A DNA stretch of 44,110 nt from assembly GCA_003221005.1 (NCBI GenBank), contig QHTZ01000082.1, forward strand, positions 46,487 to 90,596, read 5' to 3'. The position numbers and the translations under genes were made by a program. The notes beneath the pieces are model-generated. The model had not been told where the DNA came from, ran no database searches, and saw only the letters and a program-made list of their open reading frames with translations. The DNA is from Gemmatimonadota bacterium (GTDB lineage Bacteria > Gemmatimonadota > Gemmatimonadetes > Gemmatimonadales > GWC2-71-9). This document shows, piece by piece, positions 25,605 through 34,661 of the stretch. Numbering within the stretch: position 1 is the first letter of the stretch; each line of letters opens with the position of its first letter.

Positions 25605-27770
25605 ATGGCCGACCACCAGCCCTACATTCCGGCGTCCCAGTCGCCCGCCGAGCTGACCGCGCGGTCCCTGGTCCTCGGTTCGATCCTGGGACTCGTCTTC
25701 GGCGCCTCGAACGTCTATCTCGCGCTCAAGATCGGCCTCACGGTCTCCGCCTCGATCCCCATCGCCGTCCTCTCGATCACGATCTTCCGCGCCCTGGGGC
25801 GCGCCACGATCCTCGAGAACAACATCGTGCAGACCACGGGCTCGGCCGCCGACTCCGTCTCGGCGGGCGTGGTGTTCACGATCCCAGCGATCCTCCTCAT
25901 GGGCTACGACCTCGACATCGAGCGCGTGGCCATCCTCGCCCTCGCGGGCGGGCTGATGGGCATCCTCATGATGATTCCGCTGCGGCGCGCCCTCATCGTG
26001 AAGGAGCACGGCAACCTGCCCTACCCCGAGGGCACCGCCTGCGCCGAAGTGCTGATCGCCGGCGAGAAGGGGGGCGTGCACGCGAAGACCGTGTTCCAGG
26101 CGTTCGGGATCGCGTTCGTCTACAAGTTCCTGATGACGGCGCTGAAGCTGTGGCAGGAGTATCCGAACAAAGTGTTGCGGTGGTTCCAGGGCGCCGAAGT
26201 GCGGATGGAGGTGGGGCCCGAGCTGATGGGGGTGGGCTACATCATCGGGCCGCGCATCGCCGGATACCTGTTCGCGGGCGGCTGCCTCGCCTACGTCGTG
26301 CTGATGCCGACGATCAAATTGTTCGGCGCGGCGATGACGACGCCGATGTACCCCGCAACCAAGCTCATCACGGAGATGTCGGCGGGTGAGATCCGAGCCG
26401 CGTTCGTGTTCTACATCGGCGCCGGCGCGGTGGCGACGGCCGGGATCATCGCCATGGCGCGCGCCTTCCCGATCATCGTGAGCTCCTTCCAGGCCGGCCT
26501 CGCCGACCTGAAGGCGAGCCGCGTGGGCCAGGCGGTCGTCGAGCGGCTGCGCACGGAGGATGACCTGCCGATCACGATCACCGTGTTCGGCTCGCTTGGC
26601 CTCGCGGTCGTGCTGGCGTTTCTCCCGCAGATTGGCGTGAACCTGCTGGGCGCGGTGCTCATCATCGTGTTCGGCTTCATCTTCACCACCGTGTCGTCGC
26701 GGATCTGCGGGCAGATCGGCAGCTCGGCGAACCCCGTGTCGGGGATGACGATCGCCTCGCTGATCGCGATCTCGTTCATCTTCCTGCTCTTGGGATGGAC
26801 CCAGATCGACGACCGCGTGCGCGCGATCTCCCTCGCCTGCGTCATCGCGGTAGCGGCGGCGAACGGTGGCAACACCTCGCAGGACCTGAAAACCGGCTTC
26901 CTCGTGGGGGCCACTCCCCGGCGCCAGCAGATCGCGATCCTGGTGGGGGCGCTCGCCTCCGCCCTGGCCGTCGGCTGGACGCTCACGTTCCTCAACCAGT
27001 CGTACCAGTACGAGGTCCCCGAAGCGCGGGCGGGCTTCACGGCGCCCGCGAGCGGCCGCACGGAGGACGGCAACGTCGTCGTGCTGAACGAGTCGATGTC
27101 CCGGTTCCACGTCGGCGGCAGTCCCAGAATCGACTCCGCGTCCTACCCGATCGTGCGCGTGTACGCCGAGACGAACGGTGTGCCGCCGGGGAAATATCTC
27201 GTGGACCCGGTCTCGCGCGAGATCCGGTACGTGGTGGACCCGGGCATCGGCGGACGCATCCACGAGTTTCAGGGCCGCGAGCTCAAGCGCCTCGACTCCC
27301 CGAAGGCGACCCTGATGGCCCTCATCACCGACGGCATCCTGACGCGGCGCCTGCCATGGGGACTGGTCCTCATCGGTGTGTTCCTCTCCATCGGCATCGA
27401 GTTGATGGGCGTCCAGGCGCTGCCGGTAGCGGTCGGCGTGTACCTGCCGCTGTCCACATCGGCCGGCATGTTCACGGGCGGCGTGATCCGGTGGCTGGTC
27501 GAGCGCCGGGTGGCCTCCCAGCAGCGCTCGCTCGCGGAGATCGAGTCCGGGCCCGGCGTGTTGTTCGCGAGCGGGCTCATCGCCGGTGGCGCCATCGCCG
27601 GGATCGCCGTGGCCGCGATCGCCGGCGCCAAGGGGAGCGCGGATTGGCTCGCGGACACGGTCGGCCTGTACCACGCCCTCGGGGGCTTCGCCACCTCCAA
27701 CCTCATCGCGCTGCTCCTCTTCGCAGTACTGGGCGCGCTGCTCTACCGGGTCGGTTTGCGGAAGACCTGA
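25605..27770 (+). CDS. OPT family oligopeptide transporter
   Basis: YLALKIGLTVSASIP, LENNIVQTTGSA, YPEGTACAEVL, SSANPVSGMTI, SQDLKTGFLVGATP and AVGVYLP motifs. Confidence 0.96.
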   Translation: MADHQPYIPASQSPAELTARSLVLGSILGLVFGASNVYLALKIGLTVSASIPIAVLSITIFRALGRATILENNIVQTTGSAADSVSAGVVFTIPAILLMGYDLDIERVAILALAGGLMGILMMIPLRRALIVKEHGNLPYPEGTACAEVLIAGEKGGVHAKTVFQAFGIAFVYKFLMTALKLWQEYPNKVLRWFQGAEVRMEVGPELMGVGYIIGPRIAGYLFAGGCLAYVVLMPTIKLFGAAMTTPMYPATKLITEMSAGEIRAAFVFYIGAGAVATAGIIAMARAFPIIVSSFQAGLADLKASRVGQAVVERLRTEDDLPITITVFGSLGLAVVLAFLPQIGVNLLGAVLIIVFGFIFTTVSSRICGQIGSSANPVSGMTIASLIAISFIFLLLGWTQIDDRVRAISLACVIAVAAANGGNTSQDLKTGFLVGATPRRQQIAILVGALASALAVGWTLTFLNQSYQYEVPEARAGFTAPASGRTEDGNVVVLNESMSRFHVGGSPRIDSASYPIVRVYAETNGVPPGKYLVDPVSREIRYVVDPGIGGRIHEFQGRELKRLDSPKATLMALITDGILTRRLPWGLVLIGVFLSIGIELMGVQALPVAVGVYLPLSTSAGMFTGGVIRWLVERRVASQQRSLAEIESGPGVLFASGLIAGGAIAGIAVAAIAGAKGSADWLADTVGLYHALGGFATSNLIALLLFAVLGALLYRVGLRKT

Positions 27771-27773
27771 GCC

Positions 27774-28619
27774 ATGCGCGTGGCCTCGCTCCTCCCGGCG
27801 GCCACGGAGATCGTGGCGGCGATCGGAGGAGCCGGTTTGCTCGTGGGGGTGTCGCACGAGTGCGACTTCCCTCCCGAGGTGAATGGCCTGCCGCGCGTGA
27901 CTCACACGCACGTCGACGCCGCGCTTCCCTCGCGGGAGATCGACCGCCAGATGGCCGCTGCCAAGCGGTCCGGCGCCTCACCCGTGGAGGTGGACATCCC
28001 CACGCTCGCCCGGCTGCGGCCCGACGTGCTCATCGGACAGTCGCTGTGCGACGTGTGCGCGGTGGCGGAACCGGCGTTGGAGCGCGTGGTGACATCGCTG
28101 CAGCCGACTCCGTGGGTCGTGACGCTGCACCCCCACACCCTCGCCGACGTATTCCTCGACATCTGGAGAGTCGGCGAGGCGATCGGGCTGCCCGACGAAG
28201 CCGAGGAGGTCGTCGCCGGACTGCACTACCGGCTGCGACGCCTCAAGGCGTCCGTCCCGCCCACGCGTCCGCGGGTGCTGGTGCTCGAATGGATCGACCC
28301 ACCCTACGTCGCCGGCCACTGGGTCCCGGAGCTGGTCACCCTCGCCGGTGGGGAAGACGTGGGCAACGCCGCCGGGATGCCGTCGCGGGCTCGCTCGTGG
28401 CGGGAGCTCGCAGCGCTCGCGCCGGACCTCGTGATCATCGCGCTGTGCGGCTTCGACGTGGCCCGCGCGCGGCAGGAGCTGGCGCTCATCAGCGATCCCG
28501 ACGCGCGCGCGCTGCTTGCCCGGCGCGTCGAGTTTCTCGACGGCAACGCGTATACTTCCCGCCCCGGGCCGCGCCTCTTGGACGCGGCGGAGCTGCTGGG
28601 GCAGGTGATCCGGAGTTGA
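27774..28619 (+). CDS. BtuF-like (periplasmic-binding-protein fold) protein without a signal peptide
   Basis: MRVASLLPAATEIV, GVSHECDFP, QSLCDVCAV, EWIDPP...GHWVPE and SRPGPRL motifs. Confidence 0.88.
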   Translation: MRVASLLPAATEIVAAIGGAGLLVGVSHECDFPPEVNGLPRVTHTHVDAALPSREIDRQMAAAKRSGASPVEVDIPTLARLRPDVLIGQSLCDVCAVAEPALERVVTSLQPTPWVVTLHPHTLADVFLDIWRVGEAIGLPDEAEEVVAGLHYRLRRLKASVPPTRPRVLVLEWIDPPYVAGHWVPELVTLAGGEDVGNAAGMPSRARSWRELAALAPDLVIIALCGFDVARARQELALISDPDARALLARRVEFLDGNAYTSRPGPRLLDAAELLGQVIRS

Positions 28620-28648
28620 CGCGCCGTGGACGAATTGCGGAGGAGACG

Positions 28649-29719
28649 ATGACGCATGCCACGTTGGGATTTCTGAAGCGATTACTCGACGCCCCCGGCC
28701 CGTCCGGGTTCGAGACCGCGCCGGCCCGCCTGTGGCGCGAGGAGGTCAAGCAGTTCGCGGACGAGGTGAGCGCGGACGTCCACGGCAACTCCGTCGGCGT
28801 CGTGAACCCGAAGGGCAAGCCCCGGTTGATGCTCGCCGGGCACATCGACGAGATCGGCCTGCAAGTCACCCACGTGGACGACGACGGCTACCTCTACTTC
28901 GCGGGCATCGGCGGCTGGGACTCGCAGGTGCTCGTCGGGCAGCGGGTGGTGCTCGCGGGCCCGAAGGGCCCTGTGCGCGGGGTGATCGGGAAGCAGGCGG
29001 TGCACCTGATGAAACGCGAGGACATGGACAAGGTCTCGAAAATCTCCGACCTGTGGATCGACATCGGAGTCGCCAACCGCGCGGAAGCGCTCGAGCGCGT
29101 GCGGGTCGGGGACGCGGGCGTGCTCGACGCGGGCGTGCAGGAGTTTCCGAACGGCAGGGTCGTCTCCCGCGCCATCGACAACCGCATCGGTGCCTACGTC
29201 GTCGCGGAGGCATTGCGGCTGCTCGGCTCCGACCGCCCCAAGCACGCCGGCGTCTTTGCCGTGGCAACTACGCGGGAGGAGATCGCGTGGGCGGGCGGCG
29301 GCGCGCGCACCAGCGCGGTCGGCATCGACCCCCAGGTCGCGCTCGTCGTGGACGTGACCCACGCCACCGATTACCCGGGCGCGGAAAAGAAGCGCGCCGG
29401 TGAGCATAAGCTCGGGGGCGGACCCGCGCTGTCGCGCGGCTCCGCAGTAAGCCCCGTCGTGTTCGACCTGCTGGTGGAGTGCGCCGAGGCGGAAAAGATC
29501 CCCTACAGCATCCAGGCGGCGCCGCACGACACGGGCACCGATGCCGACGCGATCTACAACGCCCTGCGCGGCATTCCGACCGGTCTCGTGAGCGTCCCCA
29601 ACCGCTACATGCACAGCCCCAACGAGATGGTCGCGGTCGAGGATTTGGAGCGGGCGGCACGGCTGTGCGCGGCGTTTGCCCGCCGGCTCGCGCCCGGCAC
29701 CAGCTTCGTTCCCCAGTAG
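28649..29719 (+). CDS. M42 family metallopeptidase
   Basis: ATG at 28649 with a GGAGGAG SD; PSGFE, GHIDEIG, AIDNRIG, REEI, VDVTHA, GTDADA and RYMHSP motifs. Confidence 0.94.
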   Translation: MTHATLGFLKRLLDAPGPSGFETAPARLWREEVKQFADEVSADVHGNSVGVVNPKGKPRLMLAGHIDEIGLQVTHVDDDGYLYFAGIGGWDSQVLVGQRVVLAGPKGPVRGVIGKQAVHLMKREDMDKVSKISDLWIDIGVANRAEALERVRVGDAGVLDAGVQEFPNGRVVSRAIDNRIGAYVVAEALRLLGSDRPKHAGVFAVATTREEIAWAGGGARTSAVGIDPQVALVVDVTHATDYPGAEKKRAGEHKLGGGPALSRGSAVSPVVFDLLVECAEAEKIPYSIQAAPHDTGTDADAIYNALRGIPTGLVSVPNRYMHSPNEMVAVEDLERAARLCAAFARRLAPGTSFVPQ

Positions 29720-29749
29720 CCCCGGCCGCTGACTGGCGGGCTGGTAGGA

Positions 29750-31561
29750 CTATCCCGGGGCCCGGCCCCGGGGGTCGGATTTCCGCTTCTTGAGCTCCAG
29801 GAGCGCTTCGCGGGCGGCGGCGCCCACCTGACGCTCGGCGTCACCTTGCAGTCCCTCGAGTGTTCCGACCGCGGGGGCGGTCGCGGCGAGGCGGAGCGCC
29901 TCGACCGCGGCGACGCGCAGGGCTACAGGCTTGCGGCCGAACAACCGGCCCGTGGGCTGCGCAACCTTGATCAGCGCCTGGACGGCGTCGGGCGTCCCGA
30001 TCCGCCCGAGCGCGAGGACGAGCTCGCGCTGCACCGCCTCGTCCTTCTCGCCATCGATGGCCACGACCAGCGGCATCGCGAGCGCATTCGAGCGCCGGCC
30101 TCCCACACCCAGCGCGACCTGCATCCGCACCTCCGGCGACTTGTCCCGCAGCGCGCGGCGCAGCGCCTCGGCCGCGCTCCCCGAGCCGAGCTTCGCGAGC
30201 GCGAGCGCCGCCGCCTTCCGCACGCGCTCCTCCCGGTGGTCGAGCAGGCGGGAAAGCGCCGGCACGGCCTCTTCCATCCCCAGCTCGCCGATCAGCTCCG
30301 CCACGTTGCGCACCACGAACCAGTCCTTGTGATCGAGCTTCTGGACTAATTGGTCCGTTCCTTCCTTCATCTGTCGCAGGGCATCGAACGCCGCGCGGCG
30401 CTCACCCATGTCGCGGGCGGCAATCAAGCGATCGAGCAGCAGCTCTACGGCTTCCGCTCCGCCACGACGGAGCGCGACGATCGCCTCCGCTCGGTGGGCG
30501 GGGGCGGCCATCAAGTGGATGAACCCCTTGAGCAGTGCCTTGGTGTACATGCGCCGCAGGGCGATGCCGTAATTGCGCCGCGCGCTCGCATCCGTCACGC
30601 GGGCCTCCTGCTTAACGATCGCGGCGGCGATCGCGAGGGCCTGCTCGAAGCGATTGGCGCTCATCGCGTTCTCGAGCTGCCGGCCCAGCACGGCGAGGAC
30701 GTCGCCCACGTTGGGGCCCTGCGGATTGCGTGCCAGCTCCTGGAGCGGGTCCGTGGGAGCGCCGGCCGGGGCCGCGGCCGCGGTAGATGCGCCGCGCTTC
30801 GGCGGGGGAGCCGCGGGGGGCGCGGGGGCCACAGGGGGCGGGGGCGGAGCGGACGGCGGCGCGGGTGCAGGCGCGGCCGCAGCTGGCGGCGGACCAGCGG
30901 AAGGACGCGCGGGAGCGGGGGGCGCGGGGGGACCGGGCGGAGCGGGGGAAGCGGGCGCGGGAAGCGCGTCCGACGGTGGAGCGCTGCCCGTGGCCGGGAG
31001 CGAGGTTTCCTCCGGGGGCGGCGGAGGGTCGTAGGTGACGAGCGGCACGCCGGGCACGCGCTGCTCAGGCGACGCGATGTCGGTCATCGGGTCGCCGCGC
31101 AGGATGCCTTCCGTCCCGAGCCGCGAGCGGGGGGACGGGGGAGGAGGAGGGGCACTGGGAGAGGCCCCGGGCGCATCGGGCGGCGTGACCGGCCCCACCG
31201 CGACGCTCACGCGCGTGACGCCCGACGCCCGGAGCCGGGTCGGGATGTCGTCCGCGCCGGGCTGCTCGGCGAGCGCGGTGACCAGGGCGAACACCTCCGT
31301 TGGCAGCGGCGCATGCGGCACCGTGATCTCACCGATGTTGTGCAACGCCAGCCGGTGCACCAGGGACCCGAGCGCCGACCCGTCCACCGGCGCGCCGTTC
31401 ACGAGCAGACGCACTCCATCATCCCGGAGGCTCAGGCCCTCCTGCCGCAGCAGACCGAGCAGCGTCCGAAACTCGGCCTTCTGCGCCTCCTTCGCGCCGG
31501 CGTCGCGGAACAGCTCGACGCAGCGTGCCAGTTGCGCGGCCAGGGACTCAGGGGATGGCAT
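29750..31561 (-). CDS. HEAT-repeat protein with a long Pro/Ala-rich linker
   Basis: C-terminal HEAT units (WFVVRNVAELIGEL, ERVRKAAALAL, PEVRMQVAL); central PAPP-rich low-complexity region. Confidence 0.85.
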   Translation of the reverse strand: MPSPESLAAQLARCVELFRDAGAKEAQKAEFRTLLGLLRQEGLSLRDDGVRLLVNGAPVDGSALGSLVHRLALHNIGEITVPHAPLPTEVFALVTALAEQPGADDIPTRLRASGVTRVSVAVGPVTPPDAPGASPSAPPPPPSPRSRLGTEGILRGDPMTDIASPEQRVPGVPLVTYDPPPPPEETSLPATGSAPPSDALPAPASPAPPGPPAPPAPARPSAGPPPAAAAPAPAPPSAPPPPPVAPAPPAAPPPKRGASTAAAAPAGAPTDPLQELARNPQGPNVGDVLAVLGRQLENAMSANRFEQALAIAAAIVKQEARVTDASARRNYGIALRRMYTKALLKGFIHLMAAPAHRAEAIVALRRGGAEAVELLLDRLIAARDMGERRAAFDALRQMKEGTDQLVQKLDHKDWFVVRNVAELIGELGMEEAVPALSRLLDHREERVRKAAALALAKLGSGSAAEALRRALRDKSPEVRMQVALGVGGRRSNALAMPLVVAIDGEKDEAVQRELVLALGRIGTPDAVQALIKVAQPTGRLFGRKPVALRVAAVEALRLAATAPAVGTLEGLQGDAERQVGAAAREALLELKKRKSDPRGRAPG

Positions 31562-31570
31562 CGGACCGGG

Positions 31571-31576
31571 AATTTA
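31571..31576 (-). promoter_or_regulatory. Putative -10 box (TAAATT), leaderless or near-leaderless
   Basis: TAAATT, 9-nt spacer, then ATG at 31561; no SD. Confidence 0.45.
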
Positions 31577-31642
31577 GGCCCCGCGCCTAGGCACGGGCAA
31601 CGTTGCTTCCATCACCGAGTGGGCAGCGATAGATATAGCGTC

Positions 31643-32899
31643 ATGCTCGTGACAAGCCTGCTGTGCGCCGCCGCGCTCGTCGCTCAGGACACGCTTTCCC
31701 CCGTCGCGCGGCGCGTGCTCGCCGACGTGCGATACCTCGCCGACGACGCACGCGAGGGGCGCGGCGTCGGAACCAAGGGAATCGAGGAAGCCGCGCGCTA
31801 CATCGCCGATGGGTTCGCGCGCGCGGGGCTCAAGCCCGCAGGCGCCGACCGCGCCTTTTTTCAGCCGTTCACCATCTCGGCGGACGCGCCGGCCGTGCTG
31901 CACACCAAGCTGGGTGGCACGGCGACGAAAAACGTGGTCGGCCTGCTTCCGGGAAGGTCACGGGCTCTGTCTGGCGAGGTCATCGTCGTGGGGGCCCACT
32001 ACGACCACCTCGGGTACGGCGGATTCGGCGCCCTGGACCCCGACAGCACGGGCCGCGTGCATAACGGCGCGGACGACAACGCTTCTGGAGTGGCAGCGCT
32101 GCTCGAAGTGGCTCGCGTCCTGCGAGGACGGCATCCGGCCCGCACCATCGTATTCATCGCGTTCTCGGGCGAGGAGCTAGGCGACCTCGGCTCGGATTAC
32201 TTCGTGAAGCACCCACTCGTGGAGCCGGTCGATTCGATCTACGCGATGTTGAACATGGACATGGTGGGGCGCCTGCGCGACGAGCGCCTAGCGGCGCTCG
32301 GGGCCGCGACGGCGAAGGAGTTCCCGGCGCTGCTCGACTCGCTGAACCAGACCGAGGCGCGGCGCTTCGACCTGAATGCGTCGGGCGACGGCTGGCAGGC
32401 GACTGACGTCGCCTCGTTCTTCGCCGTGAAACGGCCGGTGCTCCAGTTCTTCACGGGCCTGCACGAGGACTACCACCGCAGCACCGACGACTGGGAGAAG
32501 ATCAACGCCACGGGCCTCGCGCGGGTGGCGGCGTTCGTGGCGGAAGTGGCCTGGACCCTCGCCAACCGTCCGGGGCCGCTGACTTTCGTGGACGCCGCGC
32601 CGCCGGCCTCCGCGACCGCGGGCTCGGGCTACGGCGCCTACCTGGGCACCATCCCCGACATGGCGGGGACGCCCGGCGGCGTGCGCCTCACCGGCGTGCG
32701 CGCGGCGAGCCCCGCGGAGCGGGCGGGACTCCAGGGGGGCGACATCATCACGGCGATCGGCACGAAGGTCGTCGCCAATCTGTACGACATGACCGACGCC
32801 CTGCGCAGTCACCAGCCGGGGGACACGGTCGTCATCGCGGTGAAGCGCGGCGACCAGACGGTGCAGATCACGGCGGTGCTGGGCAAGCGAGGGTCGTGA
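31643..32899 (+). CDS. M28 family peptidase with a C-terminal PDZ domain, secreted
   Basis: Signal peptide; GAHYDHLG, NGADDNASG, FSGEELG, NMDMVG and DYH motifs; PDZ YLGTIPD...SPAERAGLQGGDII. Confidence 0.93.
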   Translation: MLVTSLLCAAALVAQDTLSPVARRVLADVRYLADDAREGRGVGTKGIEEAARYIADGFARAGLKPAGADRAFFQPFTISADAPAVLHTKLGGTATKNVVGLLPGRSRALSGEVIVVGAHYDHLGYGGFGALDPDSTGRVHNGADDNASGVAALLEVARVLRGRHPARTIVFIAFSGEELGDLGSDYFVKHPLVEPVDSIYAMLNMDMVGRLRDERLAALGAATAKEFPALLDSLNQTEARRFDLNASGDGWQATDVASFFAVKRPVLQFFTGLHEDYHRSTDDWEKINATGLARVAAFVAEVAWTLANRPGPLTFVDAAPPASATAGSGYGAYLGTIPDMAGTPGGVRLTGVRAASPAERAGLQGGDIITAIGTKVVANLYDMTDALRSHQPGDTVVIAVKRGDQTVQITAVLGKRGS

Positions 32900-33354
32900 G
32901 CGCGACCCGCGACGTCCGGGGCCTCGTGCGCGCGCTGCGCGCCGCGCACCTGCACGACGCCTCGCGGGCCAAGCTGCTCCAGCTCGCCTGCGAGCGTATC
33001 CGCGCCTGGGGAGCGCCGTTCACGTCGGTATACGCCTACATGCTCGAAGGCGACGCGCTCGTGCTCGAGGCCCATGCCGGACGGGCGACCGAGCACGTTC
33101 GCATCCCCGTCGGCACCGGGGTTTGCGGCACCGCGGTCGCGACCGGGCGGGATCAAAACATCCCCGATGTCACGACGATTGAGAATTACCTGGCCTGCAA
33201 CCTCGATACGCGGTCCGAGCTGGTGGTCCTGATCAGGCGGGGTGCGACGATCCTCGGCCAGCTCGACGTGGACTCAGACGTCCCGGCCGGCTTCTCCGAT
33301 GGCGAGCACGGGGCCGTGAAGCAGGTGGCGGACGCCCTGGCGGTGTTGCTGTAG
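32896..33354 (+). CDS. msrC: GAF-domain protein, free methionine-R-sulfoxide reductase-like
   Basis: HVRIPVGTGVCG, NYLAC, RSELVV and GQLDVDS motifs. Confidence 0.75.
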   Translation: MSATRDVRGLVRALRAAHLHDASRAKLLQLACERIRAWGAPFTSVYAYMLEGDALVLEAHAGRATEHVRIPVGTGVCGTAVATGRDQNIPDVTTIENYLACNLDTRSELVVLIRRGATILGQLDVDSDVPAGFSDGEHGAVKQVADALAVLL

Positions 33355-33356
33355 CC

Positions 33357-34661
33357 TCACGCCCCCTCCATCAGGGTCACCCGCCCCGCCGTCGGGTCGT
33401 GATCGAGCACTTCGGCGTAGCGCCCCCATTCGATGATGGTCGCAAACAGCTGCTCCGCCGGGATGAACGGGAAATGGATCGTGAGGTCCGATACGACATC
33501 CTCGTCCTCGACCTCCGCAGGCTCGGCACCTTCCTCGAGCTCCTCCTTGAGCATCGCGAGCACCCGGGCAAACAGGGGGTGCTGCCGCAGCCGCGCGCGC
33601 GTGGCCGCCTTGCGCGCCGCGTCGTCCCCTGACATCACCTCGCGGCCCGCCGCGGTGAGCTGCACCGTCTCGCCCGGGGTGACCACCCACCCCAGCTGCT
33701 CCGCCGCCCGCGTGACAGCGGTCATGCGGTCGTAATCCACTCCCAGATCTTCCGCCAGATGGAACACCTCGCCGCGCCCGTCGGGGCGCGTCAGCAGGTG
33801 GTCGAGCAACCCCGTCACCTCCGCGACATGCACGCGCGGGAACGGCACCAGCCGCTGCGGCGCGGAGGCGGGCTGCGGCTCCGGCTCGGGGAGCAGGGTC
33901 GCCGTGAGGATCGCGTGCAGGCGCTCGACCATCTGCTCGAACTCGGGGCTCCGCTCGCGGCGTGGATACGGCAGCGGGTTCGCCAGCTCCTCGCGGATGT
34001 GCCCGGGGTTCGTCCCGAAGACGACGATCCGGCTCGCGAGGAACACCGCTTCCTCGACGCTGTGGGTGACCACGATGAGCGTGTTCACGCCCGTGGCGGG
34101 ATCGCGCCACAGGTCCACCACCTGGCTGCGTAGGTTCTCGGCCGTGAGGGGATCGAGCGCCCCGAACGGCTCGTCCATCAGCAGGATCTCGGGAGCGACG
34201 GCGAGCGCCCGCGCGAACCCCACCCGTTGCTTCATCCCCCCGGACAGCTCGCGAGGGTAGGCGTGCTCGAACCCGTCGAGCCCCACCAGGTTGATGGCGC
34301 GCGCCACCGCGTCGCGCCGCGCGGCGCCGGCCATGCCGCGGGCCTCCAGACCCATCCCCACGTTCTCCGTGACGGTGAACCACGGCAGCAGGGCGAACGA
34401 CTGAAACACCATAGCCGCGGAAGCGAGGATTCCGTCGAGCGGCTGGCCCCGATAGAACACGGCCCCTGCGGCCGGTCGCGCCAGTCCCGCGAGCAGGCGC
34501 AACAGCGTGCTCTTGCCGCACCCCGAGGGGCCGACGAGAGCCACGACTTCCTGCGTGCGCACCGCGAGACTGACGTTGCGCAACGCCTCCAGCACCTGGC
34601 CGTTCGGCTGCCGGAACCGCTGGCTCACCTGCCGGGCTTCGAGCAGGACCTGATCGATCAC
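33357..34661 (-). CDS. NitT/TauT-type ABC ATPase with an AAA-associated C-terminal domain
   Basis: GTG at 34661; GPSGCGKS, LSGGMKQR, LLMDEPF and VTH motifs; C-terminal extension containing IIEWGRYAE. Confidence 0.93.
   Translation of the reverse strand: MIDQVLLEARQVSQRFRQPNGQVLEALRNVSLAVRTQEVVALVGPSGCGKSTLLRLLAGLARPAAGAVFYRGQPLDGILASAAMVFQSFALLPWFTVTENVGMGLEARGMAGAARRDAVARAINLVGLDGFEHAYPRELSGGMKQRVGFARALAVAPEILLMDEPFGALDPLTAENLRSQVVDLWRDPATGVNTLIVVTHSVEEAVFLASRIVVFGTNPGHIREELANPLPYPRRERSPEFEQMVERLHAILTATLLPEPEPQPASAPQRLVPFPRVHVAEVTGLLDHLLTRPDGRGEVFHLAEDLGVDYDRMTAVTRAAEQLGWVVTPGETVQLTAAGREVMSGDDAARKAATRARLRQHPLFARVLAMLKEELEEGAEPAEVEDEDVVSDLTIHFPFIPAEQLFATIIEWGRYAEVLDHDPTAGRVTLMEGA

Noticed and set aside
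29720-29775. GC hairpin (cccgggg-cccgg-ccccggg) between convergent genes as a terminator
   Set aside because: Short stem with no U-tract, expected by chance at this GC content, and it lies within the HEAT gene's last codons.
30770-31200. G-rich low-complexity tract as a repeat element or G-quadruplex locus
   Set aside because: Explained by Pro/Ala codons of the HEAT-protein linker on the minus strand.
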